From an uncultured Nitrospinaceae bacterium (GTDB lineage Bacteria; UBA8248), in the NCBI GenBank assembly GCA_964005815.1, contig CAXFSR010000060.1, positions 1,257 through 65,256 on the forward strand: a DNA stretch of 64,000 nucleotides, written 5' to 3'. The notes under the pieces were generated by a model. That model made no database searches and was not told the origin of the DNA. It was given only the letters and a program-made list of their open reading frames with translations. Shown piece after piece: positions 31,326 through 40,846 of this stretch (the first letter of the stretch is position 1; each line of letters starts with the position of its first letter). Made by a program: the position numbers and the translations under genes.

Positions 31326-32627
31326 TTACACCGAATATGGACTGTTAAGAGGACAACATTTCTTGCTGATATGCTCCTCAAATTCATTCTGGAATTTATT
31401 TAAAATTGCTCCAAACATCATCGCACATGCATCCGATAGAACACATATAGTGTTTCCTCGCATGTTTGGGTCAATTGACTTTAAAGTCGAAATATCTTCC
31501 TTGACCCCTTTTCCACTTTCTATGCGAGATATTATTTCGGAAACCCATCCTGTTCCTTCTCGACAAACTGAACACTGGCCGCAAGATTCATGCTCGAAGA
31601 AACGAGAAAGTCTAGCGGCAACTTCTACCATACAGGTTGATTCGTCCATTACAACAACACCGCCACTTCCACCCATACTTCCTGCTGCAGCCAAAGAATC
31701 AAAATCCATCTTTATTTTATCTTCGTAAACTTCCTTTGAGGTTAAAACTGGAGCACTTGCACCACCTGGAATAACTGCTTTTAATTTTTTGCCATCAATT
31801 ATTCCGCCACAATGCTCTTCAATGATCTCCTCACAAGTAAGCCCGAGAGGCAATTCATAGAGTCCTGGTTTTTTTACATGTCCAGAAACACAGTACATAC
31901 GAGTTCCAGAATTTTTCTCATTTATCCCTATCTGGGAAAACCAGTCCGCACCTTTATTAATAATATGAGGAAGATTACTAAGCGTTTCTACATTATTAAT
32001 TACCGTTGGACGACCATACAAACCTTCAACTGCAGGAAAAGGGGGTTTTAAACGTGGATGACCTCGCTTTCCTTCTAATGATTCTAGTAAACCAGTTTCC
32101 TCGCCACAAATATATGCACCAGCTCCCGAATGGACATATATGTCACAATCAAAATTACTACCAAAAACATTTTTACCTACATAACCCCTTTCATATGCCT
32201 CTCGGAGTGCCTTTTCTACAACCAAAATAGGAGCAGAATATTCCCCACGAATATAAATGTAGGCCTTCTCTATTCCAACCGCATAACAAGTAATTAAAAT
32301 TCCTTCAATTAATTGATGCGGATCTCGAAGCATCAATTCTCGATCTTTGAAAGTTCCTGGTTCACCTTCATCAGCATTAACAGCCAAATATTTTGGCCCA
32401 TCAACTTTAGGCACAAAACTCCATTTCAATCCACATGGGAAACCTGCTCCACCTCTTCCTCGAAGACCAGATGTTTTTACAATTTCAATAACGTCTTCGC
32501 TTGAGATATTTTTGTCTAAAATAGATCGGATTGCCTGATAACCCGAGGTTTTTTCATAAGCATCTATTTTTTGACATGCAGGATCTTCAAAACGCGATGT
32601 TACAATTTTTTCTAAAGTAAAATTCAT
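31326..32627 (-). CDS. nuoF: NADH-quinone oxidoreductase subunit F
   Basis: 433 aa. GRGGAGFP FMN/NADH site and a C-terminal ESCGQCSVCREG 4Fe-4S motif. Confidence 0.9.
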   Translation of the reverse strand: MNFTLEKIVTSRFEDPACQKIDAYEKTSGYQAIRSILDKNISSEDVIEIVKTSGLRGRGGAGFPCGLKWSFVPKVDGPKYLAVNADEGEPGTFKDRELMLRDPHQLIEGILITCYAVGIEKAYIYIRGEYSAPILVVEKALREAYERGYVGKNVFGSNFDCDIYVHSGAGAYICGEETGLLESLEGKRGHPRLKPPFPAVEGLYGRPTVINNVETLSNLPHIINKGADWFSQIGINEKNSGTRMYCVSGHVKKPGLYELPLGLTCEEIIEEHCGGIIDGKKLKAVIPGGASAPVLTSKEVYEDKIKMDFDSLAAAGSMGGSGGVVVMDESTCMVEVAARLSRFFEHESCGQCSVCREGTGWVSEIISRIESGKGVKEDISTLKSIDPNMRGNTICVLSDACAMMFGAILNKFQNEFEEHISKKCCPLNSPYSV

Positions 32628-32646
32628 AATTTAATCCATAAAAAAA

Positions 32647-33261
32647 TCATTCTAAAATAGTCTTTGTTTTATTTTCACTTGAAGCGAATGAACTCTCTTT
32701 TGTCAAATTTAAAGCAACTTCATCTGCTCCTATCGGAGCAACTACTTCACCTTTCTCCAGAGAAACTATAATTGGTTCTAAAATTTCTTCTGTTAAATTT
32801 TCAAAATAATCGGTATTGATTATTAAACAAGGGGCACCTCCACATGCACCAAGACATTCGACTCTTTCTATAGAAAATTTTTTATCCGAACGAGTTTTCC
32901 CAGAAGCACAATCCAAGCGTTTTTCTAGAAAGTTAATTAATTTTCCTGCCCCCATTAATGCACAAGATAAATTATCACAAACTTGAAAATGGAACTCGCC
33001 CAAATCGTTCGTTTTTAACATTGTATAAAAACTAACTACGCTCCAAATTTCCATTGCTGAGGTTTCAAAATATCCCGCTAAATACTGCATAGCTTTACTT
33101 GAAATTTTTCCCTCCTGTTTTTGAATAAGTATCAATGCAGGAATGAGCGCAGAACGCTTGACAGGATATTTTTTAACAATCCTTTCAAGTTCTTCTTTGT
33201 TTTCGTCTGAAAATTCAAAATCTTCTTCATCTGAAGAATTTGGAAAGTGTGCAAAAACCAA
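32647..33261 (-). CDS. nuoE: NADH-quinone oxidoreductase subunit E
   Basis: 204 aa. Thioredoxin-like 2Fe-2S subunit (CDNLSC ... CLGACGGAP) with an acidic N-terminal tail. Confidence 0.85.
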   Translation of the reverse strand: MVFAHFPNSSDEEDFEFSDENKEELERIVKKYPVKRSALIPALILIQKQEGKISSKAMQYLAGYFETSAMEIWSVVSFYTMLKTNDLGEFHFQVCDNLSCALMGAGKLINFLEKRLDCASGKTRSDKKFSIERVECLGACGGAPCLIINTDYFENLTEEILEPIIVSLEKGEVVAPIGADEVALNLTKESSFASSENKTKTILE

Positions 33262-33280
33262 GCGAAATTACTCCTTAAAT

Positions 33281-34504
33281 TTAACGATCAATTTCACCTA
33301 AAACAATATCAATACTTCCTATTGCAGCAACCACATCACCAATTAAACATTCTGAAGTGATCTCAGAAAGTGAATGTAAATTTGCAAAACTTGGGGCTCT
33401 CACTTTTACTTTATATGGTTTTGTGCCCCCATCACTTATAATAAAATAACCAAGCTCCCCGCGTGGAGACTCAATAACTTGATAGACCTCACCAGCCGGC
33501 ACGTCATATCCTTCAGTAAAAATCTTAAAATGATGAATTAAAGCCTCCATATCATGAGACAGTTGTTCCTTAGGAGCAGGAACAACTTTAGGAGCATTAG
33601 ACATTAAAGGTCCTTCTGGCATCCCCTCTAGAACTTGTGTAGCAATTTTCTGAGATTCACGCATTTCCGAAATACGAACTGAATATCGATCAAAAACATC
33701 ACCATTTTTTCCAATCGGAATATTAAAATCGAATTCCTGATAACAAGAATATGGCTCTTTCTTTCTTATATCGTAAGAAACTCCACAAGCCCTAAGTATA
33801 GGACCTGTAATTCCAAGAGCAAATGCTTTCTCTTTCGTGATTGGACAAGTTCCTTCTGTACGCCTTCTAAAAATAGGGTTGTTAGTAAGCAATTCTTCGT
33901 AATCATTCACTCTACTAATAAAGTCCTTCAAAAAAACTTCACAATCTGAGTAAAATTCGGGATAAGGTTCTCTTGCGACCCCACCAACCCTAAAATAACT
34001 TGTCATCATACGAACACCTGATACTTTTTCAAAAATCTTTAAGAGTTTTTCTCTTTCTCGAAAACAGTAAAGGAAAACCGTCATCGCACCTAAATCTAGA
34101 GCATGTGTCCCCAACCATACAAGATGACTATTTAAACGGGTAAGTTCTACTAGTAAGACTCGCAAATAGGAACATCTTCGAGTAATTTCAATACCAAGAA
34201 GTTTCTCTACAGCAAGTACATATCCTAAGTTATTTGACATGGGTGCGAGATAATCCATTCTATCTGTCATAGGTAAAGCTTTATTAAAAGTCTTAACCTC
34301 CATATTTTTTTCTATCCCTGTATGAAGGTATCCAATTACAGGCTTACAAGATTTAACAGTTTCCCCCTCTAACTCTAAAGACACTCTTAAAACACCGTGA
34401 GTAGAGGGATGTTGTGGACCCATGTTAAGGGTCATCCTCTCCGTGCCAATGGGTCCTAGAGTCTCTTCGTTATAATCTTGTTCTTCTTCTAATTCTATAG
34501 ACAT
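33281..34504 (-). CDS. nuoD: NADH-quinone oxidoreductase subunit D (copy 2)
   Basis: 407 aa. MGPQHPSTHGVLR motif. Confidence 0.9.
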   Translation of the reverse strand: MSIELEEEQDYNEETLGPIGTERMTLNMGPQHPSTHGVLRVSLELEGETVKSCKPVIGYLHTGIEKNMEVKTFNKALPMTDRMDYLAPMSNNLGYVLAVEKLLGIEITRRCSYLRVLLVELTRLNSHLVWLGTHALDLGAMTVFLYCFREREKLLKIFEKVSGVRMMTSYFRVGGVAREPYPEFYSDCEVFLKDFISRVNDYEELLTNNPIFRRRTEGTCPITKEKAFALGITGPILRACGVSYDIRKKEPYSCYQEFDFNIPIGKNGDVFDRYSVRISEMRESQKIATQVLEGMPEGPLMSNAPKVVPAPKEQLSHDMEALIHHFKIFTEGYDVPAGEVYQVIESPRGELGYFIISDGGTKPYKVKVRAPSFANLHSLSEITSECLIGDVVAAIGSIDIVLGEIDR

Positions 34505-34530
34505 AATTATGTAATCTCTTTAATTTAAAC

Positions 34531-35091
34531 TTATTCTTTAGCAGAAGGCTTACCATCAGGAGTAGGGCGAAAACTAAATTCTACTGTTTCAGACGATACA
34601 TCAAAATCTTTACGATGCGGGAAACCCTCAAATCCTTCAGGAGTAAAAATTCTTTCTAAATTTGGATGCCCTTCAAAATGAATACCAACTAAATCAAAAG
34701 CTTCTGACTCGTGATAATTTGCACCAGTCCAAACAGAACAAACACTAGGCAAACTAGGCATTAAATCATTTTCACAGAACACTTCTAAACGAATACGCTT
34801 ACTTCTTTCAAAATCGAGGAGTGAGTACACAACTTTAAATCTATATTCCAGATTCAGTTCAAGACAATCCACTCCCGCTAGAAAACTGAGTTGCTTGAAA
34901 TTTCTTTCTTTTAATAAAAAATCTGAAACACTGAGAAGTTCGGAAGGAGAAATCTGAACCGTAATTTGATCTAAATATTCAAAAAAAAGAAGGTTTGAAC
35001 TATGAAAATTTTTTTTTAAAGCGATAACATCTTCGTCTTGATCTAAGATGTTATTTCCAGCAATACCTTCATCTTCAATTTGACTCTGCAT
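34531..35091 (-). CDS. nuoC: NADH-quinone oxidoreductase subunit C (copy 2)
   Basis: 186 aa NuoC core. Confidence 0.85.
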   Translation of the reverse strand: MQSQIEDEGIAGNNILDQDEDVIALKKNFHSSNLLFFEYLDQITVQISPSELLSVSDFLLKERNFKQLSFLAGVDCLELNLEYRFKVVYSLLDFERSKRIRLEVFCENDLMPSLPSVCSVWTGANYHESEAFDLVGIHFEGHPNLERIFTPEGFEGFPHRKDFDVSSETVEFSFRPTPDGKPSAKE

Positions 35092-35140
35092 CTTTTACCC
35101 TTTGTATCTTTCACCTAAAAAATGGAAATCAACTGAGGAT

Positions 35141-35638
35141 TTAATTCTTAACAAGACCTTCTGCCTCAATTTTCTTTTGAAGTTTCAAAATCCCGTCTAT
35201 GAGTGTCTCCGGCCTAGGAGGACAACCAGGCACATAAATATCAACAGGCACTACCTCATCCACTCCCTGAACAAGGGCATAATTATTAAAAACACCTCCT
35301 GTTGAAGCACAAGCCCCCATTGAAATGACCCATTTTGGTTCTGGCATTTGATCATAAATCTGTCTTAAAACTGGCGCCATCTTTTTTGACACTCTGCCCG
35401 CAACAATCATTAAGTCAGCTTGTCTAGGAGAAGCACGAAAAACCTCGGCTCCAAATCGAGAAATGTCATATTTCGAAGCAGAAGTAGACATCATTTCTAT
35501 AGCACAACACGCGAGACCAAATAGTGCAGGCCACAGACTGTTTTTTCTAGCCCATTTTATTGCATCAGATATCCTACCTAGAACAACACTACCTTCCAAT
35601 TTTTCTTCTAATCCCAATCTAAAGCCCCTCTTTTCCAC
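35141..35638 (-). CDS. nuoB: NADH-quinone oxidoreductase subunit B (copy 2)
   Basis: 165 aa. [15 protein letters not shown] and PGCPP N2-cluster motifs. Confidence 0.9.
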   Translation of the reverse strand: MEKRGFRLGLEEKLEGSVVLGRISDAIKWARKNSLWPALFGLACCAIEMMSTSASKYDISRFGAEVFRASPRQADLMIVAGRVSKKMAPVLRQIYDQMPEPKWVISMGACASTGGVFNNYALVQGVDEVVPVDIYVPGCPPRPETLIDGILKLQKKIEAEGLVKN

Positions 35639-35964
35639 TCATAAATTAAGCTTGCAAAAAGTAAAAAAACAAAAGGCATCACTGCCACAAAACCAAAAAC
35701 CCCAAGACTTTTCAAATTAACAGCCCATGGATATAAAAAAATTATTTCAACATCAAAGACAATAAAGAGAATTGCTACCAAAAAGAATTGTATTGAAAAA
35801 CGTCCTCGTGCACTCGTTTCTGGTATAATTCCGCATTCATAAGCTACATTCTTTTTGTTTGAAGGAGTTCTCTTCCCAAACAAAAAAGTTATACAAATAT
35901 TTAAAAAAGCAAAACAAGTTGCTAATCCAATCATCATGAAAATAGGGAGAAAATCTTGAGACAA
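35608..35964 (-). CDS. nuoA: NADH-quinone oxidoreductase subunit A (copy 2)
   Basis: 118 aa. YECG motif. First gene of the array. Confidence 0.85.
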   Translation of the reverse strand: MSQDFLPIFMMIGLATCFAFLNICITFLFGKRTPSNKKNVAYECGIIPETSARGRFSIQFFLVAILFIVFDVEIIFLYPWAVNLKSLGVFGFVAVMPFVFLLFASLIYEWKRGALDWD

Positions 35965-36023
35965 ATTAAACCTCTAAAACTTAAAAATAAAATGAAAAAA
36001 CAAAATCTGTAAAACTCAGGAGC

Positions 36024-36053
36024 ATATTAGGGATGGTGGGGGGCAAGTGTCAA
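36024..36053 (-). promoter_or_regulatory. putative sigma70-type promoter upstream of the nuo array
   Basis: On the minus strand: TTGACA (complement of 36048-36053), an 18-nt spacer, then TAATAT (complement of 36024-36029). This lies about 60 nt upstream of the nuoA (copy 2) start. Confidence 0.3.
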
Positions 36054-36065
36054 CATTTACTCGGA

Positions 36066-36935
36066 TTAACCTAACAGAATTAAAATCACAAGCCCTGATA
36101 TAATTATTGACCCACCAAAAAAAACTTCCCAAAAACGTTCCCTTTCTTTAAAAAAAACATATCCAATGAATATAGCAAGCAAAACTTCTGTCTGCCTAAC
36201 TGATTCTACATATGATGCAAAAGTCATTTGATATGCTTCTGCGAGAATCAAGCTATTAAGAGCAGCAAAAAAACCTAACGCTAAAAAATCTTTCCAAGAA
36301 GAAGAGATTTTTGATAAACCTGATGTTGATTTATAAAACGCTATTGGTAACGTAAAGACAAATGCAGCCGTATACGTACCAAATGTTCCCATAGGTCCAC
36401 TTGAAGAAGCTGCCGCCCATTTAAAGGTTAGCGCTGAAGGTGCAAACATGATTGATGAAATTAAAGCATATCTCATCCCTTTGTCTTTAAAAAGTATTCT
36501 TAATGGCTCCCAAAATGATATTTTTGACCTAGAAACATTAAGAAAATAAACTCCCAAAAGAGTAATTAAAATACCAATGACACCAAAAAAAGTAGGAGTA
36601 TCGTCAGCAGTAAAATATTCAAGCAACATCAGCCATACAATTGAAATCTTCCAAAGTGCTGTTACAGCACCAATGCTTCCGTATAATAGCGCTTTCGATA
36701 GTGCAAGTGTGGCAACAGTTTGTGACACTGCAAAAATACTACAAGCAATATAAAAATCGGTATGGATTTTAGGAATACCAGTCAAAAAGAGGACTACTCC
36801 TGCAAATGGCAATGTCATAAAAAATCGACCTAAAACATTTATATATTCATCTAGATTATGTCCAATCGATTTCATAGATACGTTTCTTAACACTTGAGCC
36901 ATTGCAGAAACAAGAGATAAGGCGATCCAGTCCAA
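36066..36935 (-). CDS. DMT-superfamily (EamA-like) membrane transporter
   Basis: 289 aa, about 10 predicted TM helices arranged as two repeated halves. No specific motif beyond the fold. Confidence 0.5.
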   Translation of the reverse strand: MDWIALSLVSAMAQVLRNVSMKSIGHNLDEYINVLGRFFMTLPFAGVVLFLTGIPKIHTDFYIACSIFAVSQTVATLALSKALLYGSIGAVTALWKISIVWLMLLEYFTADDTPTFFGVIGILITLLGVYFLNVSRSKISFWEPLRILFKDKGMRYALISSIMFAPSALTFKWAAASSSGPMGTFGTYTAAFVFTLPIAFYKSTSGLSKISSSWKDFLALGFFAALNSLILAEAYQMTFASYVESVRQTEVLLAIFIGYVFFKERERFWEVFFGGSIIISGLVILILLG

Positions 36936-37087
36936 AAGAAACTCCTACACAACAATTATTTATAGTGAAAACGAAAAGATTATACCTAGAATTTCAAAAA
37001 AGTGTTTCTTCTTTCTCTTAAAAATTAACTTTGAGTTCAAGCCCACTATGTTATACGATCAATAAAAATCTAATCTGGAGAGTAACA

Positions 37088-38107
37088 ATGATAGAGAAAG
37101 ACGTATTCATTTTCGATAACGTTGTCCACATGTACGATTATTCCGACGAAAATTTAAAATCAAAAGAGAGCGATTTTGATAGACAATATCATTTAAATAA
37201 AGTTCTTGGTCGAAGACAAAAATCAGCAAATGATATTTACTCTTCTTGGGACCCCATTAAAGGGTTTGCTAGAAAATGGACTTCTGAAGACCTAGGAAAA
37301 TTGCTTTTTGAGGATTCTGGAACAGATATGGCAATGGCTCAAGCAGTTCCTTTATTCGACCTATATAAAGACGGTTTTGCTCCCGTGAAAGCACAATATG
37401 AATTTTCAAAAACCTATCCAGAAAGAGTTTTATTTTGCGGTGCAGTTGATCCTATGTACCCAAGTTTAGAGGGAGCACTAGAACAAATGGAAGAACAGGT
37501 CAAAGTAATGGGCGCAAAATCAATTAAAATATACAATGCACATGTAGATGGAAAATCTTGGGCATGTGATGATCCTGAAATTGCCTATCCTCTCTACGAA
37601 AAAGGTCTTGAACTTGGAATGAAAATTTTTCAGTTCCATAAAGGCAATCCAATTACTAGAGCAAGTTTAAGGGATCTTTCCCCACTAGATATTGAAAGAG
37701 CTGCTATGGATTTCCCAGATTTGTCTTTTGGAATACATCATCTAGCCGTCCCATATTTTGAAGAAACCGTTTGGATTGCCTCTAGATACCCAAATGTTTT
37801 CTTAGTTCTTTCAGGGATAGGACATACTCCTATGGTCGCACCTAGAACTTTCAAAGAGTGGATAGGAAGGCTACTAAGGGACGTAGGTTCTGATCGAATT
37901 CTCTGGGGATCAGAAGCACCACTCCTTGGAAATCCAAGACCTATCCTAGAATGGATATGGAACATGAAAATTGACGAACAACTTCAAGAGGATTACGGTT
38001 ATCCAGAAATTACAGAAGAAGACAAAAGAAAAATCTTAGCAGAGAACCAGGCAAGATTATTTAATATAAATCTAGAATCTAAGAAAAAAGAATTTTTCAA
38101 TAAATAA
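37088..38107 (+). CDS. amidohydrolase-2 family (TIM-barrel metal-dependent hydrolase/decarboxylase-like) protein
   Basis: C-terminal DRILWGSEAP ... ILAENQARLF signature of PF04909-type enzymes. ATG at 37088 with a GGAG RBS 7 nt upstream. The tracked ORF starts at TTG 37031. Confidence 0.65.
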   Translation: MIEKDVFIFDNVVHMYDYSDENLKSKESDFDRQYHLNKVLGRRQKSANDIYSSWDPIKGFARKWTSEDLGKLLFEDSGTDMAMAQAVPLFDLYKDGFAPVKAQYEFSKTYPERVLFCGAVDPMYPSLEGALEQMEEQVKVMGAKSIKIYNAHVDGKSWACDDPEIAYPLYEKGLELGMKIFQFHKGNPITRASLRDLSPLDIERAAMDFPDLSFGIHHLAVPYFEETVWIASRYPNVFLVLSGIGHTPMVAPRTFKEWIGRLLRDVGSDRILWGSEAPLLGNPRPILEWIWNMKIDEQLQEDYGYPEITEEDKRKILAENQARLFNINLESKKKEFFNK

Positions 38108-38124
38108 AATGGTGCGATTTCCCT

Positions 38125-38433
38125 ATGCAAGAACATGAACTAGAAAAAGATATTAACAACCTCATAGAAACACAAATCAAACCACTTCTAAAAATACATG
38201 GAGGTGGTATACGCTTTATTAAAATAACCGAAGATAAAACAGTTCAACTTGCCTTTGAGGGAGCTTGTCTTGGATGTCCTTTGAAGAGTGTTACCTATGC
38301 ACTCGGTGTAAGACAAAGATTATTACAACATCCAGAAATTCACGAAGTAGAAATTGAAGGGGTACGTTTATCTAGAGCTGCATTGAATAGAGTAGAAAAA
38401 ACTTTTTCTGGCTATTCCTTTTGGGAAAACTAA
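38125..38433 (+). CDS. NifU-like (Nfu-type) domain protein
   Basis: 102 aa. KIHGGGIRFIKI...LAFEGACLGCP CxxC scaffold motif of the NifU C-terminal domain. Confidence 0.7.
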   Translation: MQEHELEKDINNLIETQIKPLLKIHGGGIRFIKITEDKTVQLAFEGACLGCPLKSVTYALGVRQRLLQHPEIHEVEIEGVRLSRAALNRVEKTFSGYSFWEN

Positions 38434-38458
38434 AAATACTCCTATCAGGGAATAATAA

Positions 38459-39721
38459 TTGAACCTACAATCATCAAAAAACCAAAAAAAGATATGGTAT
38501 GGATGGATCGTACTTTCAATTGTTTATTTTGTAATGCTCTCCCTCATAGGAACACGTTCAAGCTTTGGTTTTTTCTTTAAACAAATTTCAAACGAATTTT
38601 CGTGGTCACGCGCTGAAACTGCCGCTGCATTTTCAATTGGCATGTTTGCACAATCAGTCTGCTCACTTTTTTCTGGATGGATTTCTGATAGATTAAGCAT
38701 CCGTTTAACAATGTCTGCAGGCATTGCTATTTTCGGATTTTCTGTATTATTAGGAAGTCAAATAAATAGTCTTGCTTTTTTTTATCTGACTTACGTTCTT
38801 ATGAATATTGGATTTGCATCCAGTACTTGGGTTGCACAAGTCCCAACTCTTTCTAACTGGTTTGTTACTAAAAGGGGACTTGCTCTAGGAATATCTAGTT
38901 CCGCTCAAGGTACAGCATTTATTTTAAATTTTTTTACTCCAATTCTTATACTTACTCTTGGCTGGAGAATGAGTTACGTTTTTTTTTCTATTTTGATTCT
39001 GTTCATAACACTTCCTCTCGCTGCAATATTTCATCGTGACCATCCCGATCAAAAAAATACAGTTGCCGATCAGCCCTTTTTAGATTCAGAGAATATCCCT
39101 ACAAAAAAAGAAAAATCTTTTCCAAAAAAAATTCTTAATGATCCTGTCAATTTCTTTTCATTTCGTTTTTTCCTTTTTTTAGTTTTATTTCTCCCAATTG
39201 CTTATGTTTTTACTGTTCTTCTAGTTCACTTTCCTGCTCATTTGACAGACCAAGGGATAACGGATCTTTCTTCTGCAGGAATTTTTGCAATCTGGGGGGC
39301 ATCTTTAATTGTCGGATATTTGATCAGTTCAATTTCAGATTATTACGGAAGAACTTCTACATTTTCAACAGGTAGTTTGCTCGGTGTACTTTCAATGTTT
39401 TTAATAGGGAAATACAATATTTCTTTTGAACCATGGGTAATTTATGTGCTCACTATGACAAATGGAATCGCTCTCGGTCTTATACGTTCAACTGCATCAG
39501 CAATAATGGCAGACCATTTTTCAGGTGAAAAATTTGGCAAAACAAATGGTATCGCAATGTGTCTTTTTGCCATTTTTGGCGGATTTGGTGCATGGTTCAC
39601 CGGATTTCTTTACGATTTACACTTGAATTACTACTGGGGATTTTCTATCGCTTCACTAATGTTTATGATATCCGGGGTTTCCGCATTAATTTTATCTACA
39701 CAAGAGAAAAAAACTAATTAA
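38459..39721 (+). CDS. MFS transporter
   Basis: 420 aa, 12 TM helices with a central loop. The 3' end overlaps the convergent NHase-like alpha gene by 4 nt. Confidence 0.7.
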   Translation: MNLQSSKNQKKIWYGWIVLSIVYFVMLSLIGTRSSFGFFFKQISNEFSWSRAETAAAFSIGMFAQSVCSLFSGWISDRLSIRLTMSAGIAIFGFSVLLGSQINSLAFFYLTYVLMNIGFASSTWVAQVPTLSNWFVTKRGLALGISSSAQGTAFILNFFTPILILTLGWRMSYVFFSILILFITLPLAAIFHRDHPDQKNTVADQPFLDSENIPTKKEKSFPKKILNDPVNFFSFRFFLFLVLFLPIAYVFTVLLVHFPAHLTDQGITDLSSAGIFAIWGASLIVGYLISSISDYYGRTSTFSTGSLLGVLSMFLIGKYNISFEPWVIYVLTMTNGIALGLIRSTASAIMADHFSGEKFGKTNGIAMCLFAIFGGFGAWFTGFLYDLHLNYYWGFSIASLMFMISGVSALILSTQEKKTN

Positions 39722-40470
39722 TCGAACGCTACCTTTTCATACTCTTCCGGTGTCAATGCATCTGCAACCCCAATCATAGAATCACGAGTAACGAGCCTAG
39801 CCAATGCCTCTTCTCCCAATTCTTCTGTTCCGGCAGGGCGACGAGGTATTACAAGATATCGACAATCAGCATTACTATCTATGACAATCAATTCAATATC
39901 TTCTGGAGGAGTGTAACCCAAATCAAGCAAGGCACCTCTAGGATCCGTAACTGCTTTTGACCGGTATGGGAAACTTTTATACCAGGTAGGAGGTTGTCCA
40001 AGAAGTACTCTTGGATAACAAGAACACAAAGTACAAACAACCATGTAATGCACACTGTCAGTATTTTCAAGAACTATCAATTTATTAACACTGCTTGCTT
40101 CTATATCTATTTCCATTTCTCCACATGCAGAATGTGCATCAGAAAGAAGACGTTCTTTAAATTCATCGTCAACCCAGGCTCGAGCAACTACCCTAGCACC
40201 AGTAGTTGGAGTTTGAGCATATATTTCCTCCACCGTACGTCGCATTTCATCAGTAGTTACTATTCCCTTCTCTCTCAAAAGATTCAATATTCCAACAACA
40301 CGCACCTGAAAATAATCTAGATCATGTTCTACAGGAACAACCTTATCTTCCATGTAAGCTTCATCGGACTTCATTCGAGCATTATGCGATGACAAATCAT
40401 GACTATATGGACTTTCATTGTCATGAGGGTGATTATGGTGATGGCCACTTCCATGGTGGTTATCTGACAT
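39718..40470 (-). CDS. nitrile hydratase alpha / thiocyanate hydrolase gamma-family metal-binding subunit with His-rich N-terminal tail
   Basis: 250 aa. The active-site claw VCTLCSCYP and downstream LGQPPTWYKSFPYRSKAV, LVIPRRPAGTEEL and LVTRDSMIGV are collinear with NHase alpha. There is an extra N-terminal tail MSDNHHGSGHHHNHPHDNE. AAGGAG RBS. Local GC is clearly higher than in flanking DNA. Confidence 0.8.
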   Translation of the reverse strand: MSDNHHGSGHHHNHPHDNESPYSHDLSSHNARMKSDEAYMEDKVVPVEHDLDYFQVRVVGILNLLREKGIVTTDEMRRTVEEIYAQTPTTGARVVARAWVDDEFKERLLSDAHSACGEMEIDIEASSVNKLIVLENTDSVHYMVVCTLCSCYPRVLLGQPPTWYKSFPYRSKAVTDPRGALLDLGYTPPEDIELIVIDSNADCRYLVIPRRPAGTEELGEEALARLVTRDSMIGVADALTPEEYEKVAFD

Positions 40471-40490
40471 TTATTTTCTCCTTAAAGAAA

Positions 40491-40772
40491 CTACAATGCT
40501 TCAATCCAATGATCGTAAATTTCAATGTTCAACTTATCTTTCTTCTCTCCTGGGTTATGTTCCCAAAGATCATTTAAATTAAACTGAACCCAATATAAGT
40601 CCTGAAACGGCTTTCCGTCTCCACCATAAGCAAGGATTTCGGGGTTCTCGTAACTTCCGAAATAACGAATAATCTTCCCAGATTTACCTTTCACATATTC
40701 AGTTGTTCTGTGATGACCTTCGAAATAAGTGTTCTTTATTCGAACCTCTTCACCAATCTCAAATTTTGACAC
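40491..40772 (-). CDS. nitrile hydratase beta-subunit C-terminal-domain homologue (SCNase alpha-like), stand-alone 93 aa
   Basis: EGHHRTTEYVKGKSGKI ... YWVQFNLNDLWE matches the beta C-terminal barrel (the GH.R.P.Y.RGK.G.I...Y.V.F...LW pattern). No N-terminal beta domain is encoded anywhere nearby. GTG start with a weak RBS. Confidence 0.65.
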   Translation of the reverse strand: MSKFEIGEEVRIKNTYFEGHHRTTEYVKGKSGKIIRYFGSYENPEILAYGGDGKPFQDLYWVQFNLNDLWEHNPGEKKDKLNIEIYDHWIEAL

Positions 40773-40846
40773 TTTTACCCCACAAATTTAATTAAAAAAG
40801 AAATTTAAAATCAGTACAAAAAGAGTACCGAAAGACAAATCTATTT

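Noticed and set aside
40491-40772. Treating the 93-aa NHase-beta-like ORF as a pseudogene fragment
   Set aside because: It has an intact reading frame with its own GTG start. It retains the conserved GH.R...Y.RGK.G.I and LWE residues of the beta C-terminal domain. The 75-nt upstream gap contains no in-frame remnants of a beta N-domain. I kept it as a CDS but flagged the uncertainty.
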